Source: Candidatus Poribacteria bacterium (lineage in GTDB: Bacteria > Poribacteria > WGA-4E > PCPOR2b). Taken from it: a stretch of DNA of 64,000 nt. Position numbers and translations under genes: made by a program. The DNA lies in the NCBI GenBank assembly GCA_965215015.1, contig OZ244042.1, positions 288,001-352,000 of the forward strand, written 5' to 3'. A model generated the notes under the pieces. The model saw nothing but the letters and a program-made list of their open reading frames with translations, ran no database searches and was not told the DNA's origin. Positions within the stretch are counted from its first letter, which is position 1; every line of letters starts with the position of its first letter. Positions 52,766-63,528 of this stretch are shown piece by piece.

Positions 52766-53956
52766 CTACTCAAACGGATAGGCTGGCAGCGGTTGCGTTA
52801 CAGGTTTGTCAACCCGATCGCCTAGCGCATACCCCGCCTGAATCAACTGGTGAATTTCCTGCGTTCCCTCATAGATCAGTGCCCCGCGTGCATTACGGAA
52901 ATAACGCTCTACCGGATATTCGTCACTATAGCCGTATGCCCCATGAATCTGTACCGCATCGTCCGCAGCTTGAAAAGCGTTCTGGCAGTTTGTCCATTTG
53001 GCGAGACCTACTTCTCGTGTACAGCGCATTCCCTGATTCTTCATCCAACCGACCTGATAGTAAAGCAGCCGCCCAATGTCGCGTCCGGCAACCATATTGG
53101 CGATTTTTTGCTGGACAAGCTGGTGTTTGCCGATGGGCTGCCCGAAGGTCTCACGTTTCTTTGCATAAGCTACACTTGCCTCAAGACACGCTTCTATCAA
53201 ACCAACCGCGCCTGACGCAACCGTGTAGCGTCCGTTATCCAACGCACTCATCGCGATTTTGAAACCGTCGCCTTCCAAGCCGACGCGATTTGCAGCGGGC
53301 ACACGCACGTCCTGCAAGTTGATGCTACCCACGTTACCGATACGACCCCCTAATTTGTGGTGGATGCTGGAAGTGGTCACGCCATCGAAGGACCGCTCAA
53401 CGATAAACGCAGAGATGCCGCGATGTTTCGCCTCACAGTCGGTGTAGGCAAAGATGAGGAAATGATCTGCGATATCAGCACAACCGATCCACATTTTCTT
53501 ACCGTTGAGGAGGTAAATGTTGCCATCGTGACAGGCAGTCGTGCTGATGCCGGCGACATCGCTGCCCGCGCCCGGCTCGGTCAGTCCAAAGGCCCCCAAT
53601 TTCTCGCCACGCGCCTGCGGTACAAGATACTGCTGTTTTTGCGCTTCGCTTCCCCACTGAAACAACGCCAACGAATTAAGCCCAAGGTGGACAGCAATCA
53701 ACACGCGGAACGCGCTGTCGGCACGCTCTAGCTCTTCGGAGACGATGCCGAGGCTCAAGTAATCGAAGCCTAACCCGCCGTAAGACCGGGGAATACAAAC
53801 CCCCAACAGACCCTCTGCCCCCATCTTCTGGATGACCTCGCGCGGAAGCCGCTGGGCACGATCCCAGCCCCGGAGGTGTGGTACCAGCTCGCGCTGACAG
53901 AATTCTTGTGCCGTCTTACGGATAGCATCATGGTCTGCGGTCAATGTGAAGTCCAT
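52766..53956 (-). CDS. Acyl-CoA dehydrogenase
   Basis: FGLTEPGAGSD, LNGKKMWI, QIHGAYGY, IYEGTQEI. Confidence 0.93.
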   Translation of the reverse strand: MDFTLTADHDAIRKTAQEFCQRELVPHLRGWDRAQRLPREVIQKMGAEGLLGVCIPRSYGGLGFDYLSLGIVSEELERADSAFRVLIAVHLGLNSLALFQWGSEAQKQQYLVPQARGEKLGAFGLTEPGAGSDVAGISTTACHDGNIYLLNGKKMWIGCADIADHFLIFAYTDCEAKHRGISAFIVERSFDGVTTSSIHHKLGGRIGNVGSINLQDVRVPAANRVGLEGDGFKIAMSALDNGRYTVASGAVGLIEACLEASVAYAKKRETFGQPIGKHQLVQQKIANMVAGRDIGRLLYYQVGWMKNQGMRCTREVGLAKWTNCQNAFQAADDAVQIHGAYGYSDEYPVERYFRNARGALIYEGTQEIHQLIQAGYALGDRVDKPVTQPLPAYPFE

Positions 53957-54096
53957 AAGTGTTGCTCCCAGAAAAAGTTTCATTTCGGTTCATTCATGGG
54001 TTACAATATACCAGATTTTGACGTGTTGGTAAACTCAAAAAACCATTTCCCCCATATCGAAGAATCTTCAACATGGGAACCCGTTTTTACTCATAT

Positions 54097-54395
54097 TAGG
54101 AGTTACGCCCTTGAGTGTGTTGTCGCACCCTTCAACCCGCGTCTTTAAGGGAGTAGGCATACGCCGTATGCCCTCAATTCCCGTTTGCGGGTTGCGTCTC
54201 CACTCGCGTCCTCCCTCCGCTAAACATCCTGCGGGTTGCCCGTCAATTCCTGGCTCATTGAGCCTACCCCCCTCAATCCCCCGCAAGCAGGGGGAAGAGA
54301 TACCGTAGGGGTAGTTGGGGCTTCTTTTCCCCTCCCCGCTTGCGGGGAGGGGCTAGGGGTGGGGTCCTTGCGAGGGGTCAACTGCGTAAGTCCTA
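54097..54395. mobile_element. MITE with AGGA(C/G)TTACGC TIRs and palindromic cargo
   Basis: TAGGAGTTACGCC ... TGCGTAAGTCCTA. Confidence 0.7.
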
Positions 54396-54562
54396 TGAAA
54401 TAAAAAGAAAGTGCAAAGCACGAATAGCCCCCGAGTTTTTCCGAAAAAAAAACTCGGGGGCTATTGCCCGATTTCCTAACACGAGTGGCAGTTTTTTGTC
54501 CACGTTCCGTAACAACCATTTCAAGTGTCTTATGAAAAATGGCAATTAAAAGGAGAAACAAA

Positions 54563-55615
54563 ATGGCAATTGGATTAGGAGTGATTGGAATGAACCCTAC
54601 CAATATGGGGTCAACCGCAACGTTGCTCAAGGATGTGCCCGACCTCAAATACGAACTCAGGGCAATATGTGCCAAAAGGGCAGATGTCCTAGAAAATTAT
54701 GCGGTACAGATTGGGTTAGAATTTTGGACAACCGACTATCAAGAGTTGGTGTCTCGTGACGATATTGACGTGGTTGCGGTCTATTCGCCTGACCACCTTC
54801 ATGCCGAGCACTGTGCCGCCGCAATTGAAGCAGGAAAGCACGTCGTCTGCACGAAACCGATGGTAACGAACCTTGAAGATGCGAAGCAACTGGTCGGATT
54901 GGTCCGAGAAAAAGGGGTTAAGTTTCTGGTGGGTCAAACGATGCGCTTCGATTTACAATTCCAGACCATGCACCGCTTCTTCGATGATGGAGAACTCGGG
55001 GAAATTATGGCGGCAGAAGCGTATTACGCGCATGACCTCCGCGATGTCTACGATTTTACCCCTTGGAGATTGCATGTTCCGCAAGACCTGATGTTCGGCG
55101 GCGTGGTGCATCCCGTTGATATCTTACGCAGTTTTTTGGGCGATGTCGAAGAGGTACACGCCTACGGTGCAAAAGGAAAACTCACCCCCGAATACCCGAA
55201 GATGAACAACTTCTTCCTCAATCTGAAATTCGTCGGTGGACAAATTGCGCGGGCGATGGGGCTGTATGACATCGTTCATCCGCCTATGCCGATGATGCAG
55301 GTTTCGATTTACGGCACAGGGGGCACAATGATTGGAGATTTCACCGACAACAAAGGTGGGCAGGTCAAGCTAATCATGGATAAGATGGCGGCGAAAGAAC
55401 CATTGGAAATGACCTGCCCACCGGAGATCGATACGAGCGTTTACGGACACGGTCAAACCGTCATCCGTTACATGCGGCATTTCCAGAATTGTATCGAAGA
55501 AGATCTGGAACCATCACCGAATGTAATTGATGGGGCAAAATCGGTCGCTGTCGGCGTTGCGGCGTGGGAATCAATTCACACAGGACAGCCGGTGAAGGTA
55601 TTCAATGACTTTTAG
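54563..55615 (+). CDS. Gfo/Idh/MocA family oxidoreductase
   Basis: DVVAVYSPDHLHAEH, AGKHVVCTKPM, GVVHPVD. Confidence 0.9.
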   Translation: MAIGLGVIGMNPTNMGSTATLLKDVPDLKYELRAICAKRADVLENYAVQIGLEFWTTDYQELVSRDDIDVVAVYSPDHLHAEHCAAAIEAGKHVVCTKPMVTNLEDAKQLVGLVREKGVKFLVGQTMRFDLQFQTMHRFFDDGELGEIMAAEAYYAHDLRDVYDFTPWRLHVPQDLMFGGVVHPVDILRSFLGDVEEVHAYGAKGKLTPEYPKMNNFFLNLKFVGGQIARAMGLYDIVHPPMPMMQVSIYGTGGTMIGDFTDNKGGQVKLIMDKMAAKEPLEMTCPPEIDTSVYGHGQTVIRYMRHFQNCIEEDLEPSPNVIDGAKSVAVGVAAWESIHTGQPVKVFNDF

Positions 55616-55618
55616 CCA

Positions 55619-56383
55619 TCAGTGAAGTCCCATCTCCTTGAGATTTCTCAGGCTGATCCCTAAGCTCTCAAATGGATCGCGTTGGCAGGTATCCTGTTCA
55701 ACGATATACCACTCCACATCGGCCTCTTTACAGGCATCAAGGATCGCGTGCCAATTCAGATTCCCTTCCCCGACCTCTGCAAACAGTTGGGTGCGACCAT
55801 CCATCGCCATATCTTTTAGGTGAACGATATAGGCGCGCCCTTTCAGTTGTCGTATCCACGCCGCCGGATCGCCTCCGCCGTGTTGGATCCAGTATGTGTC
55901 GAGTTCGCTGTTGAAATATTTTGGATCGCTATCCTGATATAAGATTTCCAATCCGGTACGCCCGTTGAACTTCTCCAACTCAAAACTGTGGTTGTGGTAA
56001 GAAAAAATCAGTCCACCCTCCGCAAGCCGTTTGGCAACTTCCGAGGCTTCTCTGGCAAATCGCGCGTAGCCTTCAGCGTTGCGATATTCTTGGGGCAAGC
56101 CGCCGATTGCGGCATGTTTGCAGCCCCAGAGGTTGTGCTCGTCGATGACCGCTTGCGGTTCGTCCCGCATACGCTCGTAGTCTGTATGCGTAGCGCAGAT
56201 TGTTAAGCCTTCGCCATCGACAATCCTTTTCAGTTCATGTGAGTCAATAGCACCAAGTGCTGAACATTGCACAGCGTCGTAGCCGAGTTGTTTGACCTTC
56301 TTCATCGTTGTAGCAATATCGGTTGGAGTGTTTGTGAAATCACGGACCGTATACAGTTGTGCCGCCAATTGTGATGCCGCCAT
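55619..56383 (-). CDS. Sugar phosphate isomerase/epimerase
   Basis: QLYTVRD, YHNHSFE, ELDTYW, VHLKD, VGEG, IVEQD. Confidence 0.92.
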   Translation of the reverse strand: MAASQLAAQLYTVRDFTNTPTDIATTMKKVKQLGYDAVQCSALGAIDSHELKRIVDGEGLTICATHTDYERMRDEPQAVIDEHNLWGCKHAAIGGLPQEYRNAEGYARFAREASEVAKRLAEGGLIFSYHNHSFELEKFNGRTGLEILYQDSDPKYFNSELDTYWIQHGGGDPAAWIRQLKGRAYIVHLKDMAMDGRTQLFAEVGEGNLNWHAILDACKEADVEWYIVEQDTCQRDPFESLGISLRNLKEMGLH

Positions 56384-56410
56384 AAATGTACTCCTCCTGA
56401 ATTGATTATT

Positions 56411-56563
56411 CAGGACTTACACAAAATCCCTTCCTTTGTCGGGGCGATTGGAAGGTTGCTTTGAATCCCGATCTTATCAGGATGGGAAGAATGGAAGGGT
56501 GCCCCCATCCTTCCATCTTTCCGTCCAAAACGCGCCGATTGAGCTACGGGTGTGTAAATCCTG
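56411..56563. mobile_element. MITE with AGGACTTACACA TIRs
   Basis: CAGGACTTACACA ... TGTGTAAATCCTG. Confidence 0.6.
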
Positions 56564-56756
56564 TATTATTGGGTTATGGCTGATATTTTAACACAAATTG
56601 CTAGGATGTGTTGACATTTATGTGAGTTATATCCGTAATTCAAGGCACAACCCCGCTCGATGCTAATGCGTACCCAAACAGATAGACTGTATGCAATCCA
56701 AAATCAACCGCCCCGATAAGATCGGAATTTCACCAAGCTAACAGCAAACGGAGCAT

Positions 56757-56797
56757 AAAAAAAGGGTGTATCCTTGGAAATCCAAAGATACACCCCG
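56757..56797 (-). terminator. Probable intrinsic terminator
   Basis: GGGTGTATC..GATACACCC hairpin with an adjacent A run (U tract on the minus strand). Confidence 0.55.
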
Positions 56798-56959
56798 ATT
56801 CTGATTCGATTGAGATTGCCTCTACGGTGTTCCCCACCTGATAATACCTATCTGATTGTGAACGGTAACACGATTGGCAACTTCACTAGTGTGTAACAGT
56901 ACCGCAGGCTCACCCGACTTATCAGCGACAGCGACACTGTATTGTTATAAACACTTTCA

Positions 56960-57982
56960 TCATTCATACTCCTCGCTGTCCTTTCGATCGCGTTGCTGTT
57001 CCTCTCCGTTCCGAGCGGCTTCAATCTGCCTCGCAAGTTCTGGATCGCTTTCTCTCAGACGACGAAGGCCCTCCTCGGGACCATGCCGATCCAAAGTGGA
57101 CATCGCCTGCTCGAAACGCTCTGATGAAAACCGTTCTTTCAGTGAGGCTTCAAATGTCTCCTCGGTAGGAGGCCCCTCAGGGGCCGAGGGCACTTCAGTG
57201 GTAACCTTTTCTCGTTCAACAACCGATGTTGCTCTCCTATGATTGTAGGTGTCAGCGCGTGTGGGCTCTTCCCACAAGTTTGTCGGGACTTGGTCAGACG
57301 GTGCGGTTTCTGCCATAGGAACTTGTACATGCTCAGGCCTAAAAAACTCATCGCCGCTTTCTTCTGCCTGGCGCGTGGCTTCACGCATTTTCTCGGCAGC
57401 TTCAAAGTCTCCCATTTTTTCAAAATAATCCGCGAGGCGTGGCCCAATCGAGACTGGCATCCCCTGCTCAGTCATGTGTGTCGCTGCGAATTTCATCATT
57501 TCTAGTCCGATGAAAGGATCGGTGCCTTCCTCTACATGGAGTCGGCCAATATCTTGATAAAGCCTTCGACTTTCCTCTTCGAGCTCAAGTAAACGAGGAA
57601 ACAATTTTATATCCTCATTGGCTTTGGGACCCAATACTTCCATTTCCGCTGCAATTTCTTGGAGGCGTGCTTCTATACGCTCTATCCGTTCCCGTTCCGC
57701 CGGATCTATTTCTATAACTTCTGCCTCTTGGAATTTCTGCGCTGGAGAAGCGTCATGGACCTGGTGGTCTGTGATATGTTTAATTGAAGTTTGTTTTTCG
57801 ATGCGTTGTTGTGCCCTTGGAGGCACCTTATATATTTTGGTCTGTCTTGGTTGTTGTCCCAACTGTAAGATTACATAACCGATTATACCAATTCCTACGC
57901 CAATTAGGCTAACAACTATAAAGCCCCGGTTGAAAAATATATCCCAGAATGCTATCTTCAGAAATTTCAAAAATGGAGACAT
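56960..57982 (-). CDS. Hypothetical membrane-anchored protein
   Basis: RBS AGGAGG, one N-terminal TM helix, charged helical remainder. Confidence 0.75.
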   Translation of the reverse strand: MSPFLKFLKIAFWDIFFNRGFIVVSLIGVGIGIIGYVILQLGQQPRQTKIYKVPPRAQQRIEKQTSIKHITDHQVHDASPAQKFQEAEVIEIDPAERERIERIEARLQEIAAEMEVLGPKANEDIKLFPRLLELEEESRRLYQDIGRLHVEEGTDPFIGLEMMKFAATHMTEQGMPVSIGPRLADYFEKMGDFEAAEKMREATRQAEESGDEFFRPEHVQVPMAETAPSDQVPTNLWEEPTRADTYNHRRATSVVEREKVTTEVPSAPEGPPTEETFEASLKERFSSERFEQAMSTLDRHGPEEGLRRLRESDPELARQIEAARNGEEQQRDRKDSEEYE

Positions 57983-58288
57983 GATATTCCTCCTTGTGGC
58001 AACAAGCCCAGAAGCGTGTTGCCAAAGTTGTGATTGACCGAGGCGTCATTTCAATTGAAACCTATGAACGGGAGCTTTGACTTGGTTATCATTACGAACT
58101 TCGCAAGGACATGTGGTTTGTATGCCAGCTGGACAATTACAATTAGTAGTGTTACTGACATGGTCGGGGCAACCGCATTGATGTTGGGGCTTTGGCTTCA
58201 GCGGGTTTATTCCATATTTGCCAAAACTTGTCAAGTACTTTTCCCGATAAAAAACAACACCTCCCGATATTTAGGAATTTTTCCCCTT

Positions 58289-60073
58289 TCAGTCATCCGC
58301 TTTGGTCTCTCCGACGAACCGCTCATAGATACCTGCATCCCGAAAAAATCCCGTGATACGCCGCTTGAAAACCGATGCCAACATGAGCTGAATCAGTCCC
58401 AGAGCAGCCATTACAAATATGATGAGGATGATTGAGAGCGCAGCCGCCTGCGAAAAGTCGCTGTTTTCAACAAATCCCAGAATCGCCACGGTGATCAGAT
58501 TCCATCGACCGGAGACAACAAAGATGACTGCACTGATGGCGGTCATACAGCGGACGAAGCTATAAGCGAGCCCAGCGAAAAACGCCGGAGCGATCAGCGG
58601 CAACAGTATCCGCCGAAACGTGGTCAGGCTGCCCGCACCTAAATTAGTAGAAGCCTCCTCCAGCGACAGATCTATCTGGTCCAGTGAAGCGGCGGCGGCA
58701 CGGATTCCGACGGGCATGTTACGGAAGATGAACAGCAGCACAATGATGGCGGCCGTTCCTCTCAACATGAAGGGTTTCTGATTAAAAGCGAGGATGTAGC
58801 CGATGCCGACCACCGTTCCCGGCACGGCAAAATTCAACATGGATGTCACATCAATTAGCCCACGCCCCACAAACTGTTTCCGCTTAACCAGAAATGCAAC
58901 GACCATTCCTAGCAGCCCCGTCAACGGCGTAGCAATTGCCGCAAGCAGTAGAGAGTCCAGAATGTAATCTACTCCCAGTCGAAAAGCTTCCACGTAGTTG
59001 TTCAGCGTCAGCGAATAATCAACGCCCCACAACCGAGTGAATGACCCAACCAGCACCAATCCGTAGAAAAGAAAGACACATCCAACCGTTCCCCAGCAGA
59101 TAACTATCAGTGGATACTTCATCCGCTTATCCCCCGTTTGTATCTCCGGCCCTGATGCCCGTCCCGTCAGTGAGGCAAAGACTCGTTGACGCAGGAGATA
59201 GTACTGTAGCAAATAGATGGCGAGCGAAGGAAGTAGCAATGCCATTGCCAGCGTCGTACCACCGGGCAGGTTATCGTTGCCAGTAATCTGGAGATACGCC
59301 TGCACGGAGAGGACGTTGAATCGCCCCGCCAAAATAAGCGGATTGCCAAAATCCGCCATTGATTCAATGAACAGCAGCAGCACCGCACTTACAATCCCCG
59401 GCAACGAAAGGGGGACTGTAACGGTTCGGAAAACTTTCCACCGAGATGCACCGAGATTTGACGCGGCTTCCTCCAACGCTGGTTCAATGGACGACAACAC
59501 GCCCACCAACACCAAGTAGGCAGTGGGGAAGTACGCGAGCGTCTCAACGATGACTAGCCCGGTCAGACCGTAGATGTCGAAGCCGGCTGCGTAGAGATCA
59601 ATGCCGAGCCCTTCGTGGAGAAGTTTCCGGGTGATGAGGCCATTTCGACCAAGCAGGAGGATCGCGGAAAGCGCAATAACGAAGGGCGGGGAAATAATCG
59701 GCAAGAGTGTGCTGGCTTGGAGAAATCTTTTGAATCGCATATCCGTCTTTGTGACGGCATAAGCAAAAGCAAATCCGATGAATGTGCCGAGCAACGCGAC
59801 GCAGATGCCCAAGATGATACTGTTGTAGAGCGGCTGTCGATTGTACGATTTGGCAAACAGTTCCCAGACATGCTGCAAAGTGAGTATTGTGCCCGCCTTC
59901 GTGATGAAGCAGGTTTTGAACACCTGAAACAGCGGAAACACCACGAATAGGATAAGCAGCAGGCTGATGAGAATAACGGTTATAAGGACGGAGGGTTCAC
60001 GCCACAAGCTTTTCCAATCAATGAGAGATTTTCGCGGCATCATAGAAAAGGAAGCTGTACCACTACCAATCAA
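58289..60073 (-). CDS. ABC transporter permease, Fe3+ (FbpB) type
   Basis: Two EAA loops (LEEAASNLGAS, LEEASTNLGAG), ADFGNP. Confidence 0.9.
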   Translation of the reverse strand: MIGSGTASFSMMPRKSLIDWKSLWREPSVLITVILISLLLILFVVFPLFQVFKTCFITKAGTILTLQHVWELFAKSYNRQPLYNSIILGICVALLGTFIGFAFAYAVTKTDMRFKRFLQASTLLPIISPPFVIALSAILLLGRNGLITRKLLHEGLGIDLYAAGFDIYGLTGLVIVETLAYFPTAYLVLVGVLSSIEPALEEAASNLGASRWKVFRTVTVPLSLPGIVSAVLLLFIESMADFGNPLILAGRFNVLSVQAYLQITGNDNLPGGTTLAMALLLPSLAIYLLQYYLLRQRVFASLTGRASGPEIQTGDKRMKYPLIVICWGTVGCVFLFYGLVLVGSFTRLWGVDYSLTLNNYVEAFRLGVDYILDSLLLAAIATPLTGLLGMVVAFLVKRKQFVGRGLIDVTSMLNFAVPGTVVGIGYILAFNQKPFMLRGTAAIIVLLFIFRNMPVGIRAAAASLDQIDLSLEEASTNLGAGSLTTFRRILLPLIAPAFFAGLAYSFVRCMTAISAVIFVVSGRWNLITVAILGFVENSDFSQAAALSIILIIFVMAALGLIQLMLASVFKRRITGFFRDAGIYERFVGETKADD

Positions 60074-60128
60074 TTGCTACTAAACCCCCAGGCTCTTTAG
60101 GTCTGGAGTTGAGCCGAAAAGTGAAAAT

Positions 60129-60163
60129 AAAAAAAGCAGGGAATGGCTTTCCCTGCTTTTTTT
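60129..60163. terminator. Bidirectional intrinsic terminator
   Basis: A7-GCAGGGAA-TGGCT-TTCCCTGC-T7. Confidence 0.8.
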
Positions 60164-60191
60164 GCTGATTTATGAGGTAATATATTGCCCT

Positions 60192-61652
60192 CTACATACC
60201 ACCAGGAGGCGCCTTTTCGGCTTCAGCCTGTTGTCTCTTAACATCAGGATTGTCGTTGGGATCTTTATCAGAAGTGCCGGCTTCCTGTTCGACATAGAAC
60301 TCGAAGCCATCTCCATCCTGATCCAGCTCATACTGACGGACAATCTGCTCTGCCTCACGGTAGTATTTGCCTTCTTTGTCTAAACTCATATAAGCCTTGA
60401 AACCTCTGTACGCTTCCTCAAACTCACGGATAGCGCGATAACAAACGGCTTGCTGGTAAACCGCTTCATCCCGCCAAGTGGATTCAGGGGCTTTGTCTAG
60501 CATATCCTGAAAGGCGGTAATTGCGCGCTGATACTGCCCGTCTTTTTGATACAAGTCGCCAATTCGGAACAGCGCATCTGCAGCATGGAATTTTTTGTAT
60601 GACAGGTTTTCCGCCAATTTGCGATAAGCAGCAATCGCAAACGGGTAGTTTCTCATCTGCACCCAACCAGATCCAATGTTCTGAAAATTCTGGGCGATAC
60701 GCTCCGCATACCCTGCGACATACAGATCGCTTGGGAGTATTTCCCGTCCTGCTTTTTTATATTCCAGTGCTTTCTTGCTTGTATACTTCTGAATATCATC
60801 CTGATCTTGCTTAATCTCTGTCAGGATATCCGCGGACTTCTTCAGCAGGGTTTCCGCATCGGAGGCTTCGTAAGAATCTGGAAACTTCTCAATGACCTTG
60901 ACAAATGCTCCCCAGCCACCGCTGTTGGAATAGTCATAAAGATCGTAAAAGTAGATGTTACCAATTTGGAATTGTGCTTGAGGTGCCAGTTTATGTTCAG
61001 GAAACTCTGCGACCACTCGTTCAAACTGCTTAATTGCTTCTTCGGAATTGCCGAGCGTTTGGTAAGCCCGCGCTTCCTCGTAAAGGGCGCGCACGGCTGT
61101 ATCTCGGCTCTCCACCGCTTGTTGATTGAGAATCTCTATCTCTGCAGGGTCACTGGTCTCCTTCGCACGCATGGCTAAATCTTTACTGAGAGGAGCGTGG
61201 TTTTGATAGGTACGCCTGTTCTCTTGGATGACTTGGCGGTTTTTACGGATATCAGCAATACTACTCTTTGCCCGCCCACCCAAGTAGCCGGTGGGCGCAA
61301 GATCCACAATGGCTTGATAATGCTCTGTGGCTTTATCCCATCCAAAACGTCTTTTGTAGATTGCTGCTACCTGAAAGTGTGAATAGAGTGCATATTTTCC
61401 GGTCGGATCTCCCTCGATAATTGCCAGATACTCTGCAAGTGCAGCATCAAACAATTCTTTCCGTTTGGCGAGGTCTTCTTTTTGATTTTCCACAGTGTCT
61501 GTACGAATGCGCAGAGTTTCAGCAGCCTCATATTTACGGTCTGCATTTTGGACCTTTATACTCGCTGGCATCACACTCGCACACCCGGTAATCACCGCTG
61601 CTACAGCTACAAGTGCGGTATAGTAGGCAAGGTTTACAAAACGGCGACTCAT
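60192..61652 (-). CDS. TPR-repeat lipoprotein (BamD/CpoB-like repeats)
   Basis: ITGC lipobox; EFPEHKLAPQAQFQIG, AADALFRIG. Confidence 0.85.
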   Translation of the reverse strand: MSRRFVNLAYYTALVAVAAVITGCASVMPASIKVQNADRKYEAAETLRIRTDTVENQKEDLAKRKELFDAALAEYLAIIEGDPTGKYALYSHFQVAAIYKRRFGWDKATEHYQAIVDLAPTGYLGGRAKSSIADIRKNRQVIQENRRTYQNHAPLSKDLAMRAKETSDPAEIEILNQQAVESRDTAVRALYEEARAYQTLGNSEEAIKQFERVVAEFPEHKLAPQAQFQIGNIYFYDLYDYSNSGGWGAFVKVIEKFPDSYEASDAETLLKKSADILTEIKQDQDDIQKYTSKKALEYKKAGREILPSDLYVAGYAERIAQNFQNIGSGWVQMRNYPFAIAAYRKLAENLSYKKFHAADALFRIGDLYQKDGQYQRAITAFQDMLDKAPESTWRDEAVYQQAVCYRAIREFEEAYRGFKAYMSLDKEGKYYREAEQIVRQYELDQDGDGFEFYVEQEAGTSDKDPNDNPDVKRQQAEAEKAPPGGM

Positions 61653-61726
61653 GATTATTCCTCCTAGCTTTAACTAAATTGGTGGATTAATAGGATTCTC
61701 AAATGCAATCCTGCTTTTATCTGTTC

Positions 61727-61755
61727 ATTATAATCGTTTTCCCAAAAATTGTCAA
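61727..61755 (-). promoter_or_regulatory. Consensus sigma70 promoter
   Basis: Minus strand TTGACA, 17 nt, TATAAT. Confidence 0.8.
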
Positions 61756-61824
61756 CAACCATTTTCAATTTCCCAAAGAAATGGTCTATATTGCTGGGAT
61801 AGCGTGATAGCACGCAAGTAAACC

Positions 61825-62721
61825 TCAATCACTTAGTTGCGTTGTAAAATTAATGAAAATTTCCCCAGACTGATCAACCTGTGGTGCCTTCTTGGGCAAA
61901 GTGTTGAATCGAATCCTTTCGACGTATCGTTTGGCTTGTTCTTTGAGCCGAACTTCCCCCACCGTCGTTAGAAAACCGGGTTTCACCCGAACATCGTATA
62001 TCGTGCCATCCGGCCTCACTTTGAAGCTAATCTGGACGCCTCCGCCTTGTTTACCTTCTGTCTGAATGGGTTTTCCCAAACGATAACCGCGTCCACTGAC
62101 TTCACCGGAGATTTCAAACTCAAAACCGACACCATCAGTAACGCGACTTTGCCCGGTACGGCGCACAGTTCCCGTAGACACGTTCCGGGTCAAATTATGT
62201 CCACGCTCCCCTCTTGCTTTCAGTCGATCCGTATCTCGCACGCCTCGACGCACTGACGCACCCTGATATCCTTCCTCATCAACCAGGGGTTTCTCTCGGA
62301 CCCTTGCATTCGTTGCTTCCAAATCGTCGAGCAGGGACTGATTTCGCCCTTTTGAAGGGGCTCCCCCCAACGCCAAACGGTCTGAATCTTGATTGGTAGT
62401 TCGCGCTAGGGCCCGGGCAGGTAAGCCACCTGATGGGCCACCGGGATTTAGATATCGATGAACATTGTGGGTCAATTCAATTGGGGGCAATTCGTTGGGC
62501 ATTTCAGGTTGGCGAGTTGGAGGGATAGCGATAGAAATTTCTTCCTCAATGCGCTTCTGCTCCGGTTCATTGATCAGAATGTCTACAGTTATGGGGGTGT
62601 TATTCACCTTTGGCACAGGGGTTGTATAGGCTGCCATGGCTAACACCAGGATCAGAACCAGATGCTCGATGATTGCAATCCCAAAAAAGGCACTGAGTTT
62701 AACCTCGCTTCGCGTGCGCAT
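61825..62721 (-). CDS. TonB-like energy transducer
   Basis: TM helix with conserved His (IEHLV), disordered linker, C-terminal GGVQISFKVRPDGTIYDV...QSGEIFINF. Confidence 0.7.
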   Translation of the reverse strand: MRTRSEVKLSAFFGIAIIEHLVLILVLAMAAYTTPVPKVNNTPITVDILINEPEQKRIEEEISIAIPPTRQPEMPNELPPIELTHNVHRYLNPGGPSGGLPARALARTTNQDSDRLALGGAPSKGRNQSLLDDLEATNARVREKPLVDEEGYQGASVRRGVRDTDRLKARGERGHNLTRNVSTGTVRRTGQSRVTDGVGFEFEISGEVSGRGYRLGKPIQTEGKQGGGVQISFKVRPDGTIYDVRVKPGFLTTVGEVRLKEQAKRYVERIRFNTLPKKAPQVDQSGEIFINFTTQLSD

Positions 62722-63425
62722 CAGCTCGCCTCCTTTTGAGTCAAACGCTGAATATCTTCAAACTCTTCCTGAAACAGCTTGTGTTCTTCAGCGACAAGAA
62801 AGCGAACCAGAGACATGCCGTGTCTTTCCAACTCGGTTAAAAAGAGTTGTGCCTTACTATTGAAATAGTAATACGCGACATACGTTGGCAGCGCGACCAT
62901 TAATCCAGCAGCTGTTGTGATTAAAGCTTGCGAAATACCACCAGCAATCTCACTTGATTGACCTACCTGTCCTCCCGCTTCGTAAAGGTTGCCAAATGAG
63001 ATAATCATGCCGAGAAATGTGCCAAGTAAACCTGTATATATCGCGACAGCAGACAGCAGTCCCAAAATAGGGAGGTATCGCGTTAATTTTGGTTTTTCGC
63101 CGCTGATGGATAAACGGACGACCCGTTTGAGCGTTTCCTCATTGGCATCTCTGCGCTCTATTCCAGCGCGGAGGACATTTGTCAGCGGCCCCGGCCGCTG
63201 CTCACACAGCTGGATTGCGATTTCGGGGTTGCCCTGCACCAGTTCACGGTAAATGCTACGAGTCACAAACTGTGATGGGATAATTCGCTCCCGACGCAGA
63301 TAGTAAGTCCGTTCCATAATAATTGTATGTGCACAGATTGAACAACCGATTAGGGGAATGAGAAGGATCCCGCCCCCGCTCAACTGTTCTAATCCTGAAA
63401 CGATCATCTCAATCGGATTGCCCAT
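62721..63425 (-). CDS. MotA/TolQ/ExbB proton channel family protein
   Basis: GLLGTFLGMI, GGISQALITTAAGL. Confidence 0.92.
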   Translation of the reverse strand: MGNPIEMIVSGLEQLSGGGILLIPLIGCSICAHTIIMERTYYLRRERIIPSQFVTRSIYRELVQGNPEIAIQLCEQRPGPLTNVLRAGIERRDANEETLKRVVRLSISGEKPKLTRYLPILGLLSAVAIYTGLLGTFLGMIISFGNLYEAGGQVGQSSEIAGGISQALITTAAGLMVALPTYVAYYYFNSKAQLFLTELERHGMSLVRFLVAEEHKLFQEEFEDIQRLTQKEAS

Positions 63426-63528
63426 GACGCGTCTATTTTCCTCTTCTGTTTTTTATTCCAACGGATGGATCGATTCGCACAACGGGTTGACTCTCACCCA
63501 CAAATAGGTTTGACTGCCATCAAAGCGA

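Noticed and set aside
54068-54675. Several short ORFs
   Set aside because: Translations of MITE and palindromic repeats, or antisense to the oxidoreductase
60074-60112. IS200-like end (CTACTAAACCCCCAGGC...)
   Set aside because: Too short and degenerate to support
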